A model generated the notes under the pieces. That model had not been told where the DNA came from, made no database searches, and worked only from the letters and a program-made list of their open reading frames with translations. A stretch of 53,807 nucleotides of DNA. It comes from Candidatus Staskawiczbacteria bacterium RIFCSPHIGHO2_02_FULL_43_16 (GTDB lineage Bacteria; Patescibacteriota; Minisyncoccia; Minisyncoccales; Staskawiczbacteraceae). The stretch lies in assembly GCA_001821935.1 (NCBI GenBank), contig MHOU01000008.1:1-53807 (forward strand). The letters are read 5' to 3'. Position numbers and translations under genes: made by a program. The first letter of the stretch is position 1. Each line of letters begins with the position of its first letter. Of this stretch, positions 37,648 to 48,874 are shown one piece after another.

Positions 37648-38613
37648 GTGGACAGTCCGCAACACTTAAAAAAACGGCTTAAATCAGTTGCCAACATCAA
37701 TAAAATTACCAAGGCGATGGAATTGGTGGCGGCGACGAAGATGCGTAGATCCCAAGAAATTGCGCTGGCTTCGCGCCCGTACGCTTTTGCGGCATTGGAT
37801 TTGTTGGCGAATTTGACTAGGTTAGAAATGAGTGGACGTCGGGCGTCCACGGAACTGCCAATATTATTGCAACAGCGGAAGATTAAGAAGGTGTTGTTTG
37901 TACTGGTGGCTTCAGATAAAGGTTTGGCAGGGGCGTTTAATAGTTCATTATTTAGAAAATTTGAGAAGTATTTACAGGAACATGACGCAAAATATCAGGA
38001 AGAAAAAATATTTTTAGCAATTGGAGAAAAAGCATTTCAATATCTTTCAAAAAAAGTTAGTCCTGTGGTTCGGACTACGGGACTAAAAAAGTTTACGCAA
38101 GTGGGGGATTTCACAACGGTTGAGCAAGTCCAGCCCATTGCCGATTTTTTAGTGAATGGTTATTTAGAAAAACAGTGGGATCGGGTGGTTGTTTTTTCAA
38201 CTAATTTCAAGTCAGCTTTGAAGCAAGAACCTATGGTGCGCAGGGTTTTGCCCATCAGTTTTGACTATATTAAAGAAACCATCCAAGAAATTGTTCCAGC
38301 CACTGGCAGATTTTCAGATATTATCAGTAAGATACAAGATACAAGAAACAATAACCAAACTTATACGATTGAACCTTCGCCAGAAAAAGTGTTAGAAAAA
38401 TTAGCCAGGCATTTACTGTTTATGCAAGTTTATCATGTTATTTTAGAGGCCAATGCTTCAGAACACAGCGCCCGCAGATTGGCCATGAAAACCGCTTCAG
38501 ATAATGCCAGCGATTTAGGTCAAAAATTAAATTTACAATACAACAAGGTACGGCAAGCGGGTATTACTAACCAGATTATTGAAATTTCAGCTGGTGCGGA
38601 AGCGCAAGCGTAG
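37648..38613 (+). CDS. atpG: ATP synthase subunit gamma
   Basis: KITKAMELVAA, DKGLAGAFN, ASEHSAR, RQAGIT. Confidence 0.97.
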   Translation: MDSPQHLKKRLKSVANINKITKAMELVAATKMRRSQEIALASRPYAFAALDLLANLTRLEMSGRRASTELPILLQQRKIKKVLFVLVASDKGLAGAFNSSLFRKFEKYLQEHDAKYQEEKIFLAIGEKAFQYLSKKVSPVVRTTGLKKFTQVGDFTTVEQVQPIADFLVNGYLEKQWDRVVVFSTNFKSALKQEPMVRRVLPISFDYIKETIQEIVPATGRFSDIISKIQDTRNNNQTYTIEPSPEKVLEKLARHLLFMQVYHVILEANASEHSARRLAMKTASDNASDLGQKLNLQYNKVRQAGITNQIIEISAGAEAQA

Positions 38614-38678
38614 ATGAGAATTATCAAGTATCAAGTATCAATTATCAATAAATTTTTAATCAATTAATTTTAAAAAAT

Positions 38679-39083
38679 ATGGAATCAGAACAGCCAAGTC
38701 CTCAAGAAGGCGACGATGCAGAAAGAGAAGCTTTCGAGGCAAAATTCGGTAAAATGAAAGAGTATAAGGCGTTAAAATTTGCTGAAAATTTTGATGAGCT
38801 TTTTGATATATTAAGGAATCGGCGATATATTGTAGATGGCGTGAAGACACAAGGTGAATGGGAAGTTTTTGGTGTGGAAAATTTAATTGGTGATATTGAA
38901 AGAATTCGTGCTCGGTGTGAAGAAATAAAGGGCGATAAGGGGGAAGTTAGTTATGATGATTTGATGGGGTTAACGGATGATTTGGTGCCAGTGGAAGAGA
39001 TGGGAAATATGAATTATCGTTACGTAAAAATCAGGGTTAAGGATTTCTTGTTTTCGCAGTATTGCTTTAAAGAAAAATCATAA
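38679..39083 (+). CDS. Hypothetical acidic protein inserted in the atp operon
   Basis: 134-aa ORF between atpG and atpD. Confidence 0.6.
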   Translation: MESEQPSPQEGDDAEREAFEAKFGKMKEYKALKFAENFDELFDILRNRRYIVDGVKTQGEWEVFGVENLIGDIERIRARCEEIKGDKGEVSYDDLMGLTDDLVPVEEMGNMNYRYVKIRVKDFLFSQYCFKEKS

Positions 39084-39085
39084 AT

Positions 39086-39117
39086 ATGAACAAAGGTAAA
39101 ATTGTACAAATTATTGG
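39086..39117 (+). repeat. 32-bp exact duplicate of the atpD 5' end
   Basis: ATGAACAAAGGTAAAATTGTACAAATTATTGG is identical to 39682-39713. Confidence 0.95.
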
Positions 39118-39214
39118 ATTGATGTAATGCTGATCAACCTAATAGCGTCTTTGTGTGTGGAGTTAGAAAATTGACATAGGGGGCTAAAAATTCTATACTA
39201 AACTTAGAAAATAT

Positions 39215-39416
39215 ATGGAAAAAGCAGTTATTCTTTCTAAAAAAATGCTATCTGAAGGTAATTTGGTGGTTATCCATCGCAAAGACTACGAGGAGTATTT
39301 GGAATTGAAAAAAATCGTACCAATGGTAATTGCCACCGTGGCTGAAAAACGGGCTATCTACGAAGGAAGAAAACAGATAAAAAATGGGAAATATCTTTCA
39401 TTGGTAAAACTACGCC

Positions 39417-39433
<17 letters not shown>
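39215..39433 (+). CDS. Putative antitoxin
   Basis: 72 aa, LVVIHRKDYEE; overlaps the downstream toxin gene. Confidence 0.7.
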
Positions 39434-41073
<1,640 letters not shown>

Positions 41074-41144
41074 TAAATCCCAAATAATATCAAAATTACA
41101 ATAAATAAATCCAAAACGTGTTTTGAATTTGTGATTTTAAAGTA

Positions 41145-41384
41145 ATGAAACTTTCTGTTTATTCATTAAAAAAAGTGCTATTTTCTGGCCAGGCTCGTCT
41201 TTTAAACTGCAAAACCATGGTGGGCGAGATTACTATATTAGATAATCATGAAACGTATATTGGCGTATTAAAGCCAGGCGTGGCTAAAGTTATTGATACG
41301 GCTAATCAGGAACATTTTTTTGAAATTAAATCGGGATTTTTAGAAGTACGGGAGGGCAATGAAGTGAGGTGTTTGGTGGACTAG
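41145..41384 (+). CDS. atpC: ATP synthase subunit epsilon (N-terminal domain only)
   Basis: GEITILDNH..LKPG, GFLEV; lacks the C-terminal helices. Confidence 0.85.
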   Translation: MKLSVYSLKKVLFSGQARLLNCKTMVGEITILDNHETYIGVLKPGVAKVIDTANQEHFFEIKSGFLEVREGNEVRCLVD

Positions 41385-41505
41385 TGGATAACTTGTTTGA
41401 CGTGGTTAATTGCAAAAATGGTATAATTAATAAATCGTTAACATTTTAACGGGGAAAGGTCGTTTTGTTAAAAAAGATTACTATTAATTAATCGATTTTA
41501 AAAAA

Positions 41506-41715
41506 ATGAACATGAAAATGGTAGACATGATCGCCCTTATTTTGTTGGTAGTTGGCGGTTTAAATTGGGGGATCTTAGGACTAACGGGCAGCACCAATGT
41601 GGTATGGATGATCTTTGGCACATGGCCAATGTTGGTTAACCTTATCTATATCTTGGTAGGTTTGTCAGCGGTATATGTTGGCTGGATGGCAATGTCAAAA
41701 AAGGGAGCTATGTAA
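41506..41715 (+). CDS. DUF378 family membrane protein
   Basis: VGGLNWG..IYILVGLSA. Confidence 0.85.
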   Translation: MNMKMVDMIALILLVVGGLNWGILGLTGSTNVVWMIFGTWPMLVNLIYILVGLSAVYVGWMAMSKKGAM

Positions 41716-41816
41716 TTTTCTTGCATGCAGCAAAAAATCGCCTGAGGGCGATTTTTTGTTGAAACGTTTTTGTGCATTTTTCTGCGTTAAATTCCGCGTT
41801 TTTCCGCGGCGTTACC

Positions 41817-41996
41817 TTAGTAACGCTTTGGAGGCCTGTTTTTCTTCCAGCAATCCAAGCAGTAAATAGGCCTGTCTGGGGCCGGTTCAAAAGGAAGTTC
41901 AGTTATTTCTTTACCGCAATCTGAACATTTCCAGTTCCCTTGCACTTTTGGGCGGGGAGTGAAATTTCCGCCCCCATTGTTATTGTTATCGAACAT
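41817..41996 (-). CDS. CxxC-x17-CxxC zinc-ribbon protein
   Basis: CSDCGKEITELPFEPAPDRPIYCLDC; probable start at ATG 41996. Confidence 0.85.
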   Translation of the reverse strand: MFDNNNNGGGNFTPRPKVQGNWKCSDCGKEITELPFEPAPDRPIYCLDCWKKNRPPKRY

Positions 41997-42136
41997 GTAT
42001 TTTTTTCTTTGACTAATTAAACGACCTTTTCCTAGATTAATGTAATTGTACCTTTTATTAAAAACCATGTCTAGCGCCAGGTAATTGATTTTTTATGCGG
42101 CAGGGATTAGGATGAAATCAATTAACCGCAAGCAAG

Positions 42137-42225
42137 GTATCCAGCGTAAATGGGGCCGCAAAGAATATTATAGATATTGGCCCCATTTACGAGGTGAATT
42201 TCCTCGCTTCGCTCCGTAAATTCAT
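42137..42225 (+). repeat. ~88-bp structured direct repeat, copy 1
   Basis: Homologous to 43044-43130; both abut start codons. Confidence 0.85.
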
Positions 42226-43032
42226 ATGAATAAAAATCTCATCATTAGTGTCATTGCGTTAGCCGCCATTATTATCGCGCTCACCGGCCTTTTGCTGTGG
42301 CCTCAAAATACCAATAATAACCCGCCGCAAGATACCGCGGATGTGCGCAACATTTCCGTAAAGGCGGGCGACACGGTGCAGCCTCCGCTAACCATAACCG
42401 GCGAGGCGCGGGGCAGTTGGTTTTTTGAAGCCAGTTTTCCCATTAAAGTTATAGATCAAGACGGCAACGTTTTGGCAAATTCCTATGTGCAGGCTCAAAG
42501 CGAATGGATGACTGCTGATTACGTGCCTTTTCAGGGGGAAATAACTTTTATTGCCAAAAAAGACGGGCCGGGATTTTTGGTCTTCGCCAAAGACAACCCT
42601 TCGGGACTTCCTGAAAATGACAAGGAAATCCGCGTGCCTATCATGTTGAAAATAACTGAAACGGCAAAGGTAAAAGTGTATTTTAGCAAAGGCGACGTCT
42701 GTGAAAATGTGGTAGCGTTGGAAAGGGAAATCCCTAAAACCCAAGCCATTGCCAGCGCCGCATTGCGTGAATTGTTAAAGGGCCCGACAGGGGCGGAAGG
42801 GATTGGGGGGTTTTCAACCAACATTAATTATGGCGTTACCGTAAAAAGCGTGAATATCGTAAACGGCGTGGCAACTGCCGATTTTGATGAAACATTGGGC
42901 GCGCAAGTGGCCGGCGCTTGCAGGGTTACGGCAATCAGGGCCCAAATTGAAAAAACTTTGAAACAATTCCCCACGGTCAAAAGCGTGGTCATTTCCATTA
43001 ACGGAAAAACAGAAGATATTTTGCAGCCGTAG
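42226..43032 (+). CDS. Gmad2 Ig-like plus GerMN domain protein
   Basis: GEARGSWFFEASFP, KDNPSG, LLKGP, QIEKTLKQFPTV. Confidence 0.85.
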   Translation: MNKNLIISVIALAAIIIALTGLLLWPQNTNNNPPQDTADVRNISVKAGDTVQPPLTITGEARGSWFFEASFPIKVIDQDGNVLANSYVQAQSEWMTADYVPFQGEITFIAKKDGPGFLVFAKDNPSGLPENDKEIRVPIMLKITETAKVKVYFSKGDVCENVVALEREIPKTQAIASAALRELLKGPTGAEGIGGFSTNINYGVTVKSVNIVNGVATADFDETLGAQVAGACRVTAIRAQIEKTLKQFPTVKSVVISINGKTEDILQP

Positions 43033-43043
43033 AAAATATTAAT

Positions 43044-43130
43044 GTATCCAGCGCAAATGTGGCCGCAAGGAATGCCATAGATATTAGCCACATTTGCGAG
43101 GTGAATTTATTCGCTTCGCTCCATAAATTC
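43044..43130 (+). repeat. ~88-bp structured direct repeat, copy 2
   Basis: Compensatory stem changes relative to copy 1. Confidence 0.85.
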
Positions 43131-44264
43131 ATGAATTTTAAAATTTTAAAAAAATCTAAACTCAGTAATGCCAGATTGGGGTTGATAGAAACATCACACG
43201 GAGTGGTTGAAACTCCGTGTTTGGTTACCGTGGCCACTCAGGCCACGGTAAAAACGTTAACCAGTGAAGAAATTGAACAGGTAAATTCACCCATGCTTAT
43301 TGCCAACACCTTTCATTTACACATCAAGCCAGGTGAACAGTTTTTGAAAAAAGCCGGCGGCATTCACAAGTTTATGAATTTTAATCGGCCTATGATGACG
43401 GATTCAGGCGGCTTTCAAGTATTTTCTTTGGGCTTTGGCCGCGACCACGGCGTGGGGAAAATTCTAAAGCAGGCGCACGATGCCGAAGTGACCGTAAACC
43501 AAAAGCCCAAACATATTAAAATTACTCAAGATGGGGTGTATTTTAAATCTCCCGTTGATGGCCGGCCATTGTTTATCGGCCCGCGCGAAAGTATAAAAAT
43601 CCAGCAAGACATTGGTGCCGATATTATTTTTGCCTTTGACGAATGCACTTCACCGGTGGCCAACCACGAATACACCAAAAGATCATTGGAAAAAACCCAT
43701 GCTTGGGCAAAAATTTGTTTGCAGGTCAAAACATCCAACCAGGCGCTTTTTGGCATTGTCCAGGGCGGAAAGTATAAAGATTTACGGATTGAGAGCGCAA
43801 AATTCATGGCTAGTTTGCCGTTTGACGGTTTTGGCATTGGCGGAGAATTTGGCGACGATAAGCGCCAAATGCCAAAAATGCTTGATTGGGTGATTAAAGA
43901 ATTACCGGAAAAAAAGCCGCGCCATTTATTGGGAGTAGGGCATTTAGACGACATGGAAAAAATGATCAAATGCGGGGTGGACACCTTTGATTGCACTGCA
44001 CCAACCCATTACGCCCGCCGCGGCGTGGCTTTTACTAGCGAAGGCAAGCTGATTATGCGCACCCAAAAATATTTAAAAAAACTGGAACCGTTGGATAAAA
44101 ACTGCGTCTGCCAAGTTTGCCTAAATTACACCAAAGCCTATATTTGTCATTTATTGCGGGCGGGGGAGATCACGGCGTTAAGGTTAATCACTTTTCACAA
44201 TTTGCATTATTTTAACGCCTATGTGGCTAACATTAGGGAGAAGATAAAGCGTGGTGAAATATAG
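43131..44264 (+). CDS. tgt: tRNA-guanine transglycosylase
   Basis: TDSGGFQVFSL, GIVQGG, DTFDC, CVCQVC..HN. Confidence 0.95.
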   Translation: MNFKILKKSKLSNARLGLIETSHGVVETPCLVTVATQATVKTLTSEEIEQVNSPMLIANTFHLHIKPGEQFLKKAGGIHKFMNFNRPMMTDSGGFQVFSLGFGRDHGVGKILKQAHDAEVTVNQKPKHIKITQDGVYFKSPVDGRPLFIGPRESIKIQQDIGADIIFAFDECTSPVANHEYTKRSLEKTHAWAKICLQVKTSNQALFGIVQGGKYKDLRIESAKFMASLPFDGFGIGGEFGDDKRQMPKMLDWVIKELPEKKPRHLLGVGHLDDMEKMIKCGVDTFDCTAPTHYARRGVAFTSEGKLIMRTQKYLKKLEPLDKNCVCQVCLNYTKAYICHLLRAGEITALRLITFHNLHYFNAYVANIREKIKRGEI

Positions 44265-44288
44265 TGAAAGTTTTGGTATAATGAAACT

Positions 44289-44921
44289 ATGAATAAAAAT
44301 ATTCACACTTTGCCCCAGTTGCCGTATGCATATGATGCGCTGGAACCTTACATTTCAAAAGAAATTATGGAGCTTCATCACGATAAGCATCATGCAGGTT
44401 ATGTTAAAAATTTAAATGAAGCGCTGGAAAAGTTCTCGGAACTTTTTGGAAAATCAGCTGAAGAATTGTTAATGAATTTAAATACGGTACCGGAAGCAAT
44501 TCGTATGGCGGTGCGTAATAATGCTGGCGGACATGTTAACCATTCAATGTTTTGGGAGATAATGAAACCCGGGGGTGGAGGAGAACCAACTGGCGCGCTT
44601 TTAGAAGAAATCAAAAAGACTTTTGGCAGTTTTGAAGAATTCCAAAATACATTCAATGAGGCCGGGGCAAAAAGATTTGGTAGCGGGTGGGTGTGGTTGG
44701 TTAGGACCCATTCGACAGGCTCAGGGCAGGCAAAATTGGAAATCCTATCAACGGCTAACCAAGATAACCCCATGTCCGATGGCCATTATCCGATTATGGG
44801 AAACGACGTTTGGGAGCATGCTTATTATTTGCAATACAAAAATGTTCGGCCGGATTATCTAAAAGCTTGGTGGAACGTGGTCAATTGGCAGGAAGTAGAA
44901 AAAAGATTTAATAAAACATAA
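44289..44921 (+). CDS. sodA: Mn/Fe superoxide dismutase
   Basis: [22 protein letters not shown]. Confidence 0.95.
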   Translation: MNKNIHTLPQLPYAYDALEPYISKEIMELHHDKHHAGYVKNLNEALEKFSELFGKSAEELLMNLNTVPEAIRMAVRNNAGGHVNHSMFWEIMKPGGGGEPTGALLEEIKKTFGSFEEFQNTFNEAGAKRFGSGWVWLVRTHSTGSGQAKLEILSTANQDNPMSDGHYPIMGNDVWEHAYYLQYKNVRPDYLKAWWNVVNWQEVEKRFNKT

Positions 44922-44922
44922 T

Positions 44923-45585
44923 ATGATAACTTTAAACGACGTTAAAAAGAATCCGCAGATTTTAGAATTTATCAACCAGACCGAGCAAGCCATGGAGGCC
45001 TTGCGTTACACTAATCATGGCTTGCGCCATTCGGAAGTGGTTTCCCAAAGGGTCTTGGAAATTTCTACGGCTATAGGGCTGGATGAACGCGAGGGGGAAT
45101 TAGCGGCCATTGCCGGCTTTTGTCATGACATGGGAAATTTTATGACTAGAACCTTGCACCACCATTTTGGGGGGTTGCTGTTCGGCCAGGTATTTACCGG
45201 TCAGTTTGAGCCCAGGGAATTGGCCATGATTATACAAGCAATCTCAAACCACGACAAATACGAAATGAATTTTGTGCACAATGTTTCAGCCTTGGTGGTG
45301 TTGGCGGATAAATCGGATGTGCACCGTAGCCGTGTAGCCAAACAAAGCATGGAAGAAACCAAGTCTGACATTCATGACCGGGTTAATTACGCCACTACGG
45401 AAAGTGCTGTGAAGGTAGATAAAAAAGAAAAGCGGATTACACTGACCCTAAAAATTGATACCAAGTTTTGTCCTATCATAGAATATTTTGAGATTTTTAC
45501 CGAAAGAATGATTTTCTGCCGTAAAGCCGCAAAATTTTTGGGGTATAACTTTGGGTTGGTTATCAATGATTTTCAACTACTTTAA
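44923..45585 (+). CDS. HD-domain phosphohydrolase
   Basis: HGLRH, CHDMG, ADKSD. Confidence 0.88.
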   Translation: MITLNDVKKNPQILEFINQTEQAMEALRYTNHGLRHSEVVSQRVLEISTAIGLDEREGELAAIAGFCHDMGNFMTRTLHHHFGGLLFGQVFTGQFEPRELAMIIQAISNHDKYEMNFVHNVSALVVLADKSDVHRSRVAKQSMEETKSDIHDRVNYATTESAVKVDKKEKRITLTLKIDTKFCPIIEYFEIFTERMIFCRKAAKFLGYNFGLVINDFQLL

Positions 45586-46046
45586 TGTTGGTCCAAAAAG
45601 ACTTCTTTGTGATTTGTGATAACATCCGTAGCTTGGAAAACATTGGTTCTATTTTCAGGACAGCAGATGCGCTGGGAGTGACGAAGGTTTTTTTATGTGG
45701 GATTTCGGGCAAGCCGCCGGAGGCAAAGATTAGTAAAACTGCGCTCGGCGCAGAAAAAATGGTGCCATGGGAACATCATAAGCAAATATGGCGCCTTATA
45801 GAAAAATTAAAATCTCAAAAAATCGCCATTGTTGCCTTGGAACAAAGTAAAAAATCCGTGGATTATAGCCAATTTAAGCCGCGCTTTCCCATGGCATTAA
45901 TTATCGGCAACGAAGTCAAGGGTGTTTCCAAAAAGGCATTAGAATTATCAGATGCTATTATCAGCCTGCCTATGAAAGGCAAAAAAGAATCATTGAACGT
46001 ATCGGTGGCGTTTGGGGTGGCCGGCTATGAAATCATAAAGCATTAA
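45585..46046 (+). CDS. SpoU/TrmH-family RNA methyltransferase
   Basis: NIGSIFRTADA, GNEVKG, SLNVSVA. Confidence 0.92.
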   Translation: MLVQKDFFVICDNIRSLENIGSIFRTADALGVTKVFLCGISGKPPEAKISKTALGAEKMVPWEHHKQIWRLIEKLKSQKIAIVALEQSKKSVDYSQFKPRFPMALIIGNEVKGVSKKALELSDAIISLPMKGKKESLNVSVAFGVAGYEIIKH

Positions 46047-46087
46047 AAAACCACATCCTCCAATGTGGTTTTTGGTTGCTTGGGTTA

Positions 46088-46633
46088 CTAGAAATTTTTT
46101 TCTTCTGCTGATGCAAAAGTTATCCGATTGACGGTGGAAACGGGGGGAACGGGATTGGATGAATATTTCATCCTGTACCCATTGGTCATTTTGTATTCTC
46201 CGCCTGCGGGGTCATCCAATAGCACGGGGGTCGCAAATGCCCCTGCAACGGTTTCAATGTGCCGGAATTGATTTTTATTGGCAAGAAAGAGCTGGGTGGC
46301 TAGGTCGTCTTCCCTGACTAGCGCGGAAAGTTCATTGATGCCCCATTCTTTCAAGGCACCAATTATGCGGGTGCCGATATTCCGGTTGCGCAGGGGTGGC
46401 GCAACATAGATGTCGAAAATCCGCTGGCCTTTCAAAAAGGTAAAGCCGGCGATAGACTCGTTTGCCAGGGCGATGACCCCAAGAAGACTTTTCTTTTTTA
46501 CAATGTCCATGAGGTTTTCTTTTTGATAGGGGAAGTCGCCCATGGCTTTCATAAAACCAAGCATGTTGGGGATATCCGTTTCTGCCATAACCCTTATCCG
46601 GTATCTTTGCCTACTGGACTGATTTGAAAGCAT
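46088..46633 (-). CDS. GNAT (RimI-like) acetyltransferase
   Basis: IYVAPPLRNRNIGT, VREDDLATQLF; SD GGAGG before ATG 46633. Confidence 0.75.
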   Translation of the reverse strand: MLSNQSSRQRYRIRVMAETDIPNMLGFMKAMGDFPYQKENLMDIVKKKSLLGVIALANESIAGFTFLKGQRIFDIYVAPPLRNRNIGTRIIGALKEWGINELSALVREDDLATQLFLANKNQFRHIETVAGAFATPVLLDDPAGGEYKMTNGYRMKYSSNPVPPVSTVNRITFASAEEKNF

Positions 46634-46753
46634 GTGAGCCTCCCCTTGTTGTGAAAGGTGCTTTTTGGTTGTAATACCATTTATATTATAGGTTAAATAT
46701 TGATGAAGCGCAAAGGGTCGTGCCACAAATCTGTTATGTGGTATAATATCCAT

Positions 46754-47239
46754 ATGAAAAAGAATAAGATGTTTTCTTGGTTGTATCGGATTACCCCCCT
46801 GAAAATATCGGCATTGCTCCGTTTGCGAAAGCCACAAAAATATGTGTTGCCAGTGGCCATTGCCGTGGGTGTAGCCGTGGTAGTTTTGGGGGGGCTGATA
46901 TACGCCAATGTGGGGTTTTTAAACATTACCGGATATTTTGAAAAACACGATCCCTATAAAGATAGCATGGTGTTATTTTTCCACAATGAATGCCTTTATT
47001 GCGCCAAGGTTGACGACTATTTACGGGATAGTAATGCGGCCGAAAAACTGCAATACATAAGGTTGAATGTGCTGGAAAGCGACTATAACCGCAATGAATT
47101 GCAGGATAAGGCTCAGACCTGCGGCTTGGATGTTGAAAGCATCGGAGTGCCGTTTTTGTGGGACGGCCAGAGCAAGCAATGCATCATCGGGTATATTGAC
47201 ATTATCAATTTTTTTAATCAGAAGTTGAAAAAACCTTGA
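46754..47239 (+). CDS. Membrane-anchored glutaredoxin/thioredoxin-like protein
   Basis: CLYC, GVPFL. Confidence 0.7.
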   Translation: MKKNKMFSWLYRITPLKISALLRLRKPQKYVLPVAIAVGVAVVVLGGLIYANVGFLNITGYFEKHDPYKDSMVLFFHNECLYCAKVDDYLRDSNAAEKLQYIRLNVLESDYNRNELQDKAQTCGLDVESIGVPFLWDGQSKQCIIGYIDIINFFNQKLKKP

Positions 47240-47240
47240 C

Positions 47241-47343
47241 CCAGCACCACTTTCCTCCAATAATCTATATAGTAGTTTAATAATAATTTTTATAAAAATA
47301 GTTTGACAGATGTGAAAAATTGGTATGGGAAAGTGGTGCTGGG
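47241..47343. mobile_element. 103-bp inverted-repeat element (copy 3)
   Basis: CCAGCACCACTTTCC...GGAAAGTGGTGCTGGG flanked by TTGAC direct repeats. Confidence 0.7.
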
Positions 47344-47478
47344 TTGACACAGGCTTGCGCCTCCCACCATTATAGGCTAAAATGGGGCAATAGTGTTCAT
47401 AACCGGTTTTCGCAATATCGCGAAAGCTTTAAAAAACAAGGTCGATTATCATTAATTATAATTTATTTAAAAAAAATT

Positions 47479-47736
47479 ATGCCAGGAAAAGCAAATTCGG
47501 CTTTTATGAAGCCAATGAAATTAAGCGCTGATTTAGAAGAGGTGGTTGGGAAGGGTCCGATGCCCAGAAGCCAGGTGGTAAAAAATATTTGGGTATATAT
47601 CAAAAAAAATAATCTCCAAAATCCAAAGAACAAAAGGAATATTTTAGCAGATGCGAAACTGAAAGCAGTATTTGGCGGAAAAGGTGAGGTTACCATGTTT
47701 GAAATGACAAAACTCGTTTCAAAACACCTTTCTTAA
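47479..47736 (+). CDS. SWIB/MDM2 domain protein
   Basis: PMPRSQVVKNIWVYIKKNNLQ..MFEMTKLVSKHL. Confidence 0.9.
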   Translation: MPGKANSAFMKPMKLSADLEEVVGKGPMPRSQVVKNIWVYIKKNNLQNPKNKRNILADAKLKAVFGGKGEVTMFEMTKLVSKHLS

Positions 47737-47755
47737 TAAATTAAATCGTCAAAAA

Positions 47756-47920
47756 ATGGCAACAGAAGCATATTGCGTAAAATGCAAAGCGAAGCGTATG
47801 ATGAAAGATGAAAAGCAGGTGACCATGAAGGGCAAGGGGGGCAAGGTGCGCCTGGCCATGACGGGAGCCTGTGAAAAGTGCGGGACAAAAATGTTTCGCA
47901 TTATGGGAATGAAAAAATAA
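47756..47920 (+). CDS. Small zinc-ribbon protein (DUF5679-like, 54 aa; below ORF-track cutoff)
   Basis: MATEAYCVKCKAKR...GACEKCGTKMFRIMG. Confidence 0.8.
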   Translation: MATEAYCVKCKAKRMMKDEKQVTMKGKGGKVRLAMTGACEKCGTKMFRIMGMKK

Positions 47921-48001
47921 GAGTTGCCACAGCGCGTTTCGTGGCCAAAGAACATCGGATTGCCGGTGTTTTTTGTTGGCAACTGGCGGTATAATAGATG
48001 T

Positions 48002-48865
48002 ATGGTTACAAAAAACAAGATATTGCTGGGACTTGTTGCCATGGTGGTTGTTTTGGATTTTTTGGTTTTTAAAGAAGTTTTCATGTTGGCGGGCCCGCGC
48101 TATTTGAACGTGGAAATACTGGATGTCGGGCAGGGGGACTCCATATTTATCCGGACTCCGGCGCACAGGAACATAGTCATTGACGGCGGGCCGGATGCGG
48201 CGGTTTTAAGCAAATTATCGGGGCGGTTGCCCTTTTGGCAAAAATCGTTGGATGTGGTTATCCTCACCCACCCTGACGCGGACCACCTGATGGGAATATT
48301 AGAAATACTGAAAAAATATAAAGCAGATTACATTGTCTGGACCGGCATGGAGCGTGAGGGGGCAAATTACCAAGAGTGGCTTTCGCTGTTGCAAAAAGCC
48401 AAAGAGCGGGGAAGTCAGATTATTATTGCCAAGCCGGGGCTTGTGATAACTTCTGGCGGGGCGGCGGTTGAGGTGTTGCATCCATTTGAAAATTTAGAAG
48501 GCCAGTTTTTTAAAGAAGCTAATGATACGGGGATAGTCGCACGTCTGGCCTACGGTAAAAAATCATTTTTATTTACCGCGGATATTTCCAGCAAGGTTGA
48601 AGAGCAGTTGGTAACGGCGGGAGGCGTTGCTTCAGACGTATTAAAAGTGGCGCACCACGGGTCTAAATATTCTTCTTTTGAAAGTTTTTTGCAGGCTGTT
48701 AATCCAAAAGTGGCCGTCATTTCTGTGGGCGGGGAAAATACCTATGGTCACCCCACGCCGGAAGTTTTGCAAAGGTTGGCGAAATTTGGTATAACGGTTT
48801 TGAGGACAGATCAGCGGGGGGATATTAAGTTTGTAAGCGATGGAGAGAAGATTCAAATAAAATAA
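48002..48865 (+). CDS. ComEC/Rec2-type metallo-beta-lactamase domain protein
   Basis: DVGQGD, THPDADH, KVAHHGS, YGHP. Confidence 0.9.
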   Translation: MVTKNKILLGLVAMVVVLDFLVFKEVFMLAGPRYLNVEILDVGQGDSIFIRTPAHRNIVIDGGPDAAVLSKLSGRLPFWQKSLDVVILTHPDADHLMGILEILKKYKADYIVWTGMEREGANYQEWLSLLQKAKERGSQIIIAKPGLVITSGGAAVEVLHPFENLEGQFFKEANDTGIVARLAYGKKSFLFTADISSKVEEQLVTAGGVASDVLKVAHHGSKYSSFESFLQAVNPKVAVISVGGENTYGHPTPEVLQRLAKFGITVLRTDQRGDIKFVSDGEKIQIK

Positions 48866-48874
48866 TTCACCACT

